62,020 nt of DNA, from contig JAPLNF010000297.1 in the NCBI GenBank assembly GCA_026692965.1, positions 1 through 62,020 on the forward strand, read 5' to 3'. Shown piece after piece: positions 56,299 to 62,020 of this stretch. Position numbers and translations under genes: made by a program. The first letter of the stretch is position 1, and every line of letters begins with the position of its first letter. This DNA comes from Planctomycetota bacterium. GTDB lineage: Bacteria; Planctomycetota; Planctomycetia; Gemmatales; Gemmataceae. Below the pieces are notes generated by a model, which was given only the letters and a program-made list of their open reading frames with translations, searched no databases and was not told where the DNA came from.

Positions 56299-57204
56299 AT
56301 GCCACCAAGATTGATAAGTGTGATGATCGTTGCGCTATTTATCGTGGTTAATACATCACTTTTTTACGCTGAAATACTTCCCCGGATTCGTTCAGGTCAA
56401 CCACCCTCGTTTTATGTTGATTTGGCAGATGAAGCTGGAAACCTTCGGCCAGTTGTAAACTGGAAAGTGGTTGTGCGTGGTGAAGAGTTTTTGAAACTTC
56501 GCACGGGCATCAGTTTGGTGGATGGCCAAGAAGATGAATTCTGGTTATGGGCTGAATACACCCAGCCTACTAATATTGGGGTCAAACCAGCACGGGATTT
56601 TTTGAACCTAAAGTTGATGCGGAATGAATTTCGCATTCATAGGGATGGCGATATGCTTGGGTTGCAGGCCAAGGTGCAGATTGAATCGATCCGTGGTGTT
56701 GATTTTCCTTTAACACTCGAGATTAGTGGAAATGTATCCAACGGTTTTCTGAGCCCTGAGGTTAAGGTTGATAGCAACTTGGGTGAACGTAGCTTTAAGC
56801 TTGAAGCAATGCAGGTGCCAGTTTCTGGAGCAGTTTTTCAGCCGTTTTTGCCTGTGCATCGCATTCTGGGCCTATACCCCGGGCGTACATGGAAGCAGCC
56901 ATTTTTTGATCCATTATCGATGGCGTTTTCTGCAGGGCCTACTCAAGGTGGATTGGATCAGGGCACGGGGTCTGTGATTGCAACGGTCCGCAATCAGCCC
57001 GTTGATGTGATGTGGGGAGGCAGAAAAATTCCTTGCCTGGTGATTGATTATAATGGCAGTGACCTTGAGTCAACCGTATGGGTTGGCGCGCAAAACGGCA
57101 TGGTCATCAGGCAGAAAAACAGATTATCTGAACAATCGAAATCCTTGATGTTTGCAAGCAGTATGGCGACAAGCTTGCGGTCGACCATATGGATTTGGTT
57201 GTAA
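56299..57204 (+). CDS. membrane-anchored hypothetical protein
   Basis: N-terminal TM (LISVMIVALFIVVNTSLF). No known motif. The last about 25 codons overlap, in another frame, the conserved N-terminus of the downstream ABC ATPase. Confidence 0.5.
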   Translation: MPPRLISVMIVALFIVVNTSLFYAEILPRIRSGQPPSFYVDLADEAGNLRPVVNWKVVVRGEEFLKLRTGISLVDGQEDEFWLWAEYTQPTNIGVKPARDFLNLKLMRNEFRIHRDGDMLGLQAKVQIESIRGVDFPLTLEISGNVSNGFLSPEVKVDSNLGERSFKLEAMQVPVSGAVFQPFLPVHRILGLYPGRTWKQPFFDPLSMAFSAGPTQGGLDQGTGSVIATVRNQPVDVMWGGRKIPCLVIDYNGSDLESTVWVGAQNGMVIRQKNRLSEQSKSLMFASSMATSLRSTIWIWL

Positions 57205-57875
57205 AAAAAGGGGAGCTTTTTGCATTTCTTGGCCCTAATGGGGCTGGGAAAACCACGACCATCAAGATGTTGTGTGGTTTGCTTTTTCCAAGTTCTGGGT
57301 CGATTAAAATTTGCGGCTATGATCTTAAAACTCAGGGTGATCAAGCTAGGCGCCTAATCAGTTATGTCCCCGACCTTCCTTTTCTTTACGAAAAACTTAC
57401 GGGTAGAGAGTTTTTAGAATTCATCGGCGATGTCTACGGTATGCAGCGCGATCTGATTGCCCAAAAAATAGTTGAGGTTAACAAGTTGTTTGGCCTAGAA
57501 GATTTTATTGATGATTTAACCGAGCGATACTCGCATGGAATGAGGCAACGTATGGTGTTTGCTTCTGCTTTGCTTCATGAACCTGAGGTTCTTGTGGTTG
57601 ATGAACCTACTGTTGGGCTAGATCCCAAAAGTGTCCGGAAGCTTAAGGATGTGCTTAGGAATCAGGCAGATCAGGGCAAGGCTATTTTTCTTTCCTCACA
57701 TTCTCTGGATATCGTGGAGGAGGTTGCAGATCGTATCGGGATCATTTTTCAGGGGAGATTGGTTGCATGTGGTTCACTTGAATCGCTTAGAGAGCAATCC
57801 GAAACTGGGGGTTCGCTTGAAGAGGTCTTCTTGAAAATGACCCATGAGAAATTGGAGCAGGATGAAAATTTTTAA
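57189..57875 (+). CDS. ABC transporter ATP-binding protein (ABC-2/DrrA-like); homology extends upstream to about 57132
   Basis: GPNGAGKTTTIKML, YSHGMRQRMVFASAL, LVVDEPTVGLD and SSHSL. The in-frame upstream sequence TIEILDVCKQYGDKLAVDH is the expected N-terminal strand, but it follows a TGA at 57129-57131 and has no ATG, GTG or TTG. Confidence 0.85.
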   Translation: MDLVVKKGELFAFLGPNGAGKTTTIKMLCGLLFPSSGSIKICGYDLKTQGDQARRLISYVPDLPFLYEKLTGREFLEFIGDVYGMQRDLIAQKIVEVNKLFGLEDFIDDLTERYSHGMRQRMVFASALLHEPEVLVVDEPTVGLDPKSVRKLKDVLRNQADQGKAIFLSSHSLDIVEEVADRIGIIFQGRLVACGSLESLREQSETGGSLEEVFLKMTHEKLEQDENF

Positions 57876-59619
57876 CGAAGCTCCTAATTTGAACGACCTA
57901 TCTAAGCGCCCAGAACTGGGGGCTTACCCCGCATCAGGTTTAGCTTTATTTAAGATGCGAATGCGCACATTTTCGAATGTTTTTGCTGCTCTTAAGGGCG
58001 TGTTGCTTATTAGGCCTTTGGTTTTATTGTTTTGTAGTTTCATTATTTGGGGGTTGGTTTTTGGCACCAGCCTCGCAGGATTCAACTTTCTTAAGGATCA
58101 AAAACTTCCTCTGGGTGGTGGTATTATCGGCCTTTTGTTTGACTTGCTTTTTTTCTCTCTTGGCTCTTTGCTCGTGCTTTCTTCTGGAATGATTTTGTAT
58201 GGCGGGTTGTTTTCTTCTCCTGAAACTAATTTTTTGCTTACGAAGCCCATCAAGGCTGATCGCATATTTGCTTATCGATTTGCGGAAGCCATTGGTTTTA
58301 GCAGTTGGGCTTTTGTGATACTAGGCAGCCCGATCCTTATTGCTTTTGGGGTCGTTGCAGATTCACCAATGCTCTTTTATATCTATCTCCCTTTTTTCTT
58401 TTTTGGATATGTGCTGATCCCGGGTTCTATTGGGGCGGTACTATGCCTGTTGATTGCAGGGCTTTTGCCAAAAGGTAAAAAGCTGTTCTTCAGTATTTTG
58501 GTTGTGGTGTTTGTGTTTCTCGTGCTTTCGGGGATGGGAAGATTTTTTAGCTCAGTAAAAAAGGATGGTATTGATCGTGAGTTTGTTGACGCAACCTTAA
58601 GGCAGTTTGAGTTTTCAAGATGGTCGGGCCTTCCTTCTTATTGGATTTCGCGTGGACTTCGAGCTGCGGGCCGTGGCGATGTTTCCAAAGCCAACTTTAA
58701 TCTGCTGCTAATTTGGTCTAACGGTATGATGCTTTATCTTGGAGGAGCATTACTTTCAAAGGTGCTTTATCGAAGGGCATTCGACAGGATGATTGCTTTT
58801 GGATCAAGTTCTAAGAAATCGAGTAGGGCCTTTTTTCTGGATCGATTATTTGAAAAGTCTCTGGGGTTTCTTGGCTCTGCCAGAAGAGCGCTTATCCTAA
58901 AGGATTTTCGTGCGTTTCGCAGGGAACCTAGGCAATGGGTGCAGGTGTTAGTTTTTGGATTCCTGCTTTTTCTATATTTTGGAAGTGTTCGCAGATCCTT
59001 TCGTGGTGAGGTGACTTGGCCTTATCAAAACGGGGTTAGCATGCTCAATTTATTTGCTGTTTCGTTGCTTCAATGCACTTATGTTGGAAGATTTGTTTTC
59101 CCAATGATTAGTCTTGAGGGCAAAAACTTTTGGATACTTGGCTTAGTCCCTATGCCGCGGGAATCTATTCTCTGGGCTAAGTTTCATTTTGCATTCTGGA
59201 GTACCACGCCTATTGCAATTTTATTAGTTATCTTTAGTGATTTTATGTTGAAAATGCCTTTTGATTACCACCTTGTACATATTTGGACAACCTTGGTTGC
59301 AAGCCTTGGAATTTGTGCATTGGGTGTTGGTTTAGGTGCATGCCTTCCCAACTTTAAGGAAACCGACCCATCAAAAATTGCTGCAGGCTTCGGCGGCACC
59401 CTTAATCTGGTGATCTCGCTTTTTCTTCTCATCCTCTTAATGGGTTTGCTTTCAGGAATCTGGCATTTAAATCATACCGGCGAAAACTATGTCAATCCTT
59501 CGTTTACAGGCATTCTTTTTATTATTGCAGGCATTGCCAGCGGCTCGGTGTTTGGATTGATGGCTGCTCTAATCCCCATGGCGTTGGGTTCGCAAAATCT
59601 CCGGTCCAAGGAGTTTTAG
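57844..59619 (+). CDS. large multi-pass membrane protein, putative permease partner of the preceding ATPase
   Basis: 591 aa with more than 10 hydrophobic segments. Overlaps the ATPase end by 32 nt. Confidence 0.55.
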   Translation: MRNWSRMKIFNEAPNLNDLSKRPELGAYPASGLALFKMRMRTFSNVFAALKGVLLIRPLVLLFCSFIIWGLVFGTSLAGFNFLKDQKLPLGGGIIGLLFDLLFFSLGSLLVLSSGMILYGGLFSSPETNFLLTKPIKADRIFAYRFAEAIGFSSWAFVILGSPILIAFGVVADSPMLFYIYLPFFFFGYVLIPGSIGAVLCLLIAGLLPKGKKLFFSILVVVFVFLVLSGMGRFFSSVKKDGIDREFVDATLRQFEFSRWSGLPSYWISRGLRAAGRGDVSKANFNLLLIWSNGMMLYLGGALLSKVLYRRAFDRMIAFGSSSKKSSRAFFLDRLFEKSLGFLGSARRALILKDFRAFRREPRQWVQVLVFGFLLFLYFGSVRRSFRGEVTWPYQNGVSMLNLFAVSLLQCTYVGRFVFPMISLEGKNFWILGLVPMPRESILWAKFHFAFWSTTPIAILLVIFSDFMLKMPFDYHLVHIWTTLVASLGICALGVGLGACLPNFKETDPSKIAAGFGGTLNLVISLFLLILLMGLLSGIWHLNHTGENYVNPSFTGILFIIAGIASGSVFGLMAALIPMALGSQNLRSKEF

Positions 59620-59620
59620 T

Positions 59621-60784
59621 TTAAGTCATTAGTTTGCGTGCAGTTTTGCAAATGTAATCTGTTGCTCGTGCTACATCATCTGCAGTTGAATATCGCCCTA
59701 AGGTCAGGCGCAGCGCCCCTTCAGCTTGGTGCCGTGGGGTGAGCATTGCGCATAAAACAGCGGAATACAATACTTTACCTTCGTGGCATGCTGACCCCGT
59801 TGATGCCGCGATTTCGGGTGTTTGCTCTAATATTTCCCAGCCTTTGCAACCAAGGATACTAACATTGAGAGTATTCGGCAGGCGCAGCGTTGGGTGGCCA
59901 TTGAGCACAATTTTGTCGCCTAGTTCTTTTTTTAACCCTTGGTAAAGCTGATCTCTTAGGTTTGTTAAGCGCTTGGATTCCTCGGCCATATTTTCTGTTG
60001 CAATTACAGCGGCTTCGCCTAGGCCTGCAATGTAATGTACATTTTCGGTGCCTGCTCTTAGTCCGGATTCGTGTCCTGCGCCATGAATGTAAGGACCTAT
60101 TGCTGATCCTTTTCGGATATATAATGCACCAATTCCTTTTGGTGCATATAGCTTGTGGCCTGCAATGGTAAGAAAATCAATCCCTAGTTGCTTAACATCT
60201 AAGGGAACTTTTCCTGTGGATTGTGCTGCGTCTGAGTGAAATAAAATGTTTTTGGATCGGGCGATTTCTGCGATTTTCTCGATGGGCTGTAATGTGCCAA
60301 CTTCGTTGTTTGAATGCATGATGCTAATTAGTTTGGTGTTTTTGCGAATGTCTTTTTTGATTTCATCTGGGTCTACCAAGCCTTGCCGATCTACTCCCAC
60401 GGTGGTTATTTCAAAACCCAGCGATGCAAGATATGCTGCTGGCTTGTAGGTCGCTGGGTGCTCAATTGCACTTAGGATCATGTGGCCTTTTCTTGCGAAC
60501 AGCCTTTTTAAAAAACCTGTCAAATCTGACATCATTGTTGATAGGATTGCTTGGTTGCTAGCTTCGGTGCCGCCCCCTGTAAATATTATTTCTTCGGGTT
60601 CTGCGTTGATGGCTTTTGCAAGCTTTTGCCTAGCAGTTTCCACAATAGCTTTGGCTACTTTTCCGTACGCATGGGTGCTTGAAGGGTTCCCAAAATCGTC
60701 CCCATTAATGGAATCGCAGATTATCTTTGAAACCTTTGGGTCGATAGGGGTTGTAGCATTGTAATCAAGGTAAATTGGCTTCAT
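59621..60784 (-). CDS. cysteine desulfurase (NifS/IscS-like class V aminotransferase)
   Basis: IYLDYNATTP, SAIEHPA, HSDAAQ, PLP-lysine context IAGHKLYAPKGIG, and active-site STGSACHEG. Confidence 0.88.
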   Translation of the reverse strand: MKPIYLDYNATTPIDPKVSKIICDSINGDDFGNPSSTHAYGKVAKAIVETARQKLAKAINAEPEEIIFTGGGTEASNQAILSTMMSDLTGFLKRLFARKGHMILSAIEHPATYKPAAYLASLGFEITTVGVDRQGLVDPDEIKKDIRKNTKLISIMHSNNEVGTLQPIEKIAEIARSKNILFHSDAAQSTGKVPLDVKQLGIDFLTIAGHKLYAPKGIGALYIRKGSAIGPYIHGAGHESGLRAGTENVHYIAGLGEAAVIATENMAEESKRLTNLRDQLYQGLKKELGDKIVLNGHPTLRLPNTLNVSILGCKGWEILEQTPEIAASTGSACHEGKVLYSAVLCAMLTPRHQAEGALRLTLGRYSTADDVARATDYICKTARKLMT

Positions 60785-60947
60785 GAGTGTTCGTGGGTTG
60801 TTTAGTTGTTAACGATTATTGTGGTACTTCCTTAAATATAGTCATTATAAACGAAAGAGTTTGGTTATATTTTCTTGAATATCGTTAATTTTGGGTAACA
60901 TTTAAAGAATAGTGTGGGGAGAGGTTGTTTTTATATCGAGGTGTTTT

Positions 60948-61556
60948 ATGTACAGCGTAATTTTACTTGCTGCCCTTGCAGGCAATTCTGAAACCCCCGC
61001 TTGGCATTTAAAAAAAGCATATGCAGTTAATGCATATGGTGGTTATGTGTATCAGCATGGGGTATATGGTGGCGGTTATGGGGCATCATATAATTATGGT
61101 CCATACTACGAAACAGGATTTGGTTACTCATATCGGGGGACCGGTAATGGTGTATATTATGGGCCGTATTTGAAGAACCCAATGTATTCAACCCCTGCTA
61201 GCGTTATTCCAAGAAGCAAACCTATAGATCCTGTTGAAGAAGTATTGCCTGTGCCCAAAGTTGAAGAAAAGAACCAAACTTCCACTTCAAATAGAGCTAA
61301 ACTTTTTGTCGAAATACCTACGAACTCAAGCTTATTTATTGATGGTAAGCCTTTTGCTGTTTCTGATGGGTTTGGTACTTTCGTAACCCCAGAACTTGAA
61401 TCGGATAAAACTTATTCTTACTTACTGAAAATTGAGACGAATCTTAATGGTACTAAAGTTGTTGATACGAAAAAAGTGGTTCTTAAATCAGGTGATCGCG
61501 TTACCACAAGTTTTATCGATGGTGATAAACAAGGATCTACTGCCAAACTAAAGTAG
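60948..61556 (+). CDS. TIGR03000-like planctomycete domain protein with Gly/Tyr-rich N-terminal region
   Basis: Signal-like MYSVILLAALAG. Low-complexity YGGYVYQHGVYGGGYGASYNYGPYY. The C-terminal AKLFVEIPTNSSLFIDGKPF...TFVTPELESDKTYSYLLKIE...VVLKSGDRVTTSF matches my memory of the TIGR03000 pattern. Confidence 0.6.
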   Translation: MYSVILLAALAGNSETPAWHLKKAYAVNAYGGYVYQHGVYGGGYGASYNYGPYYETGFGYSYRGTGNGVYYGPYLKNPMYSTPASVIPRSKPIDPVEEVLPVPKVEEKNQTSTSNRAKLFVEIPTNSSLFIDGKPFAVSDGFGTFVTPELESDKTYSYLLKIETNLNGTKVVDTKKVVLKSGDRVTTSFIDGDKQGSTAKLK

Positions 61557-61588
61557 ATAATTCAGTTTTTGAAATTGGCGAGAGAATC

Positions 61589-61620
61589 AAGGATGGCTTT
61601 TATGCCATCCTTTTTTATTT
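61589..61620. terminator. intrinsic terminator between convergent genes
   Basis: AAGGATGGC (61589-61597), loop TTTTAT, GCCATCCTT (61604-61612), then TTTTTATTT. Confidence 0.55.
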
Positions 61621-61828
61621 AGGGCAGCAAAGTGACTATGTAAAGAAATAGCCCGATCATGCCAAGAAATGAAAGCATTCTTACACCCCAGCGATAGGCT
61701 TCAATGCTTATAATTTTCCAGTCATCATGACGGGTTGCGCTATAAACTAGGCTTATTACCAAAATCAAAAATGGTAGATGCCAGTAGTATCCTGCTGCAA
61801 TAATCGGGGGCATGGCGAGTTCCATCAA
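61619..61828 (-). CDS. small two-TM membrane protein (hypothetical)
   Basis: 69-aa ORF with two hydrophobic segments. Follows a co-directional partial ORF. Confidence 0.35.
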   Translation of the reverse strand: MMELAMPPIIAAGYYWHLPFLILVISLVYSATRHDDWKIISIEAYRWGVRMLSFLGMIGLFLYIVTLLP

Positions 61829-61842
61829 TCAAATTCCTGTAT

Positions 61843-62019
61843 CTATTTGGCTTTTGGTTTTTCTGGGATAAGTAATACCGGGCCCATAAGGGCATCATAG
61901 ATAACCATGATGTTTAATACTCCCGCAATGACGGTATACACCCAGCCCAGATCCCATGATCGGTCACTTCTGTTTTGTAATAAGTTAAGTTCGGTTTCGG
62001 GAGGAGTGCGTTGGTATTT
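61843..62019 (-). CDS. C-terminal fragment of a hypothetical membrane protein (5' end outside window)
   Basis: My translation of the minus strand gives ...RSDRSWDLGWVYTVIAGVLNIMVIYDALMGPVLLIPEKPKAK, with the stop at 61843-61845. Not in the ORF track because it is truncated. Confidence 0.3.
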   Translation of the reverse strand, partial: KYQRTPPETELNLLQNRSDRSWDLGWVYTVIAGVLNIMVIYDALMGPVLLIPEKPKAK

Positions 62020-62020
62020 A

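Noticed and set aside
1-62020. Search for CRISPR arrays, IS elements, integrases, phage genes and toxin-antitoxin pairs.
   Set aside because: I saw no regularly spaced direct repeats, no terminal inverted repeats, and no transposase, recombinase or capsid-like ORFs. Apart from the AT-richer genes at 40266-41672 and 46210-48033, the window looks like core chromosome.

Overview
This is a gene-dense 62-kb chromosomal segment with roughly 60 protein-coding genes on both strands. It looks moderately AT-rich by eye; I could not compute GC content. I found no rRNA, tRNA, CRISPR array, transposase, integrase or phage genes.

Most genes are housekeeping:
- aroC (5' partial), a four-ACT aspartate kinase, and the H4MPT-linked formaldehyde pair fae plus methylene-H4MPT dehydrogenase.
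- CbiX, a NagA-like amidohydrolase, RluD, GlyQS, GreA, N-carbamoylputrescine amidase, a family-4 UDG, TadA, an M24 peptidase and a cysteine desulfurase.
- A long minus-strand operon-like run: ald-xseA-xseB-ispA-dxs-nadK-acyP.

Transport genes:
- TetR + HlyD adaptor + MacB-type ATPase + two FtsX permeases.
- An ABC-2-type ATPase/permease pair.
- A degenerate ABC half-transporter next to an ABC-2 permease.
- An LplT-like MFS fusion.

The gene content suggests a Planctomycetota-like genome; this is inference, not a search result. The evidence is fae/mtd without other methylotrophy genes, a TIGR03000-like Gly/Tyr-rich protein, and several Hanks kinases sharing a pre-kinase N-terminal region.

The stand-out locus is a co-directional six-gene cluster at 11280-20818:
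1. A cytoplasmic vWA/MIDAS protein.
2. A Zn-ribbon-FHA protein.
3. An 889-aa Zn-ribbon single-pass membrane protein of unknown function.
4. A glycine-zipper multi-TM protein with a C-terminal FHA domain.
5. A Ser/Thr kinase carrying five zinc ribbons.
6. A Zn-ribbon-pseudokinase-PP2C phosphatase.

I read this as a self-contained phosphothreonine switch with a membrane output and no assigned biology.

Other points worth a second look:
- dxs is broken by an internal deletion plus a frameshift.
- A PQQ-propeller gene is split at a T4 homopolymer.
- An ABC ATPase has a conserved N-terminus with no canonical start codon.
- A pseudokinase is fused to a degenerate receiver domain.
- Convergent gene ends abut with no terminator space at 8 of 11 junctions.

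All calls rest on reading the supplied ORF translations and the DNA. No database search was possible.
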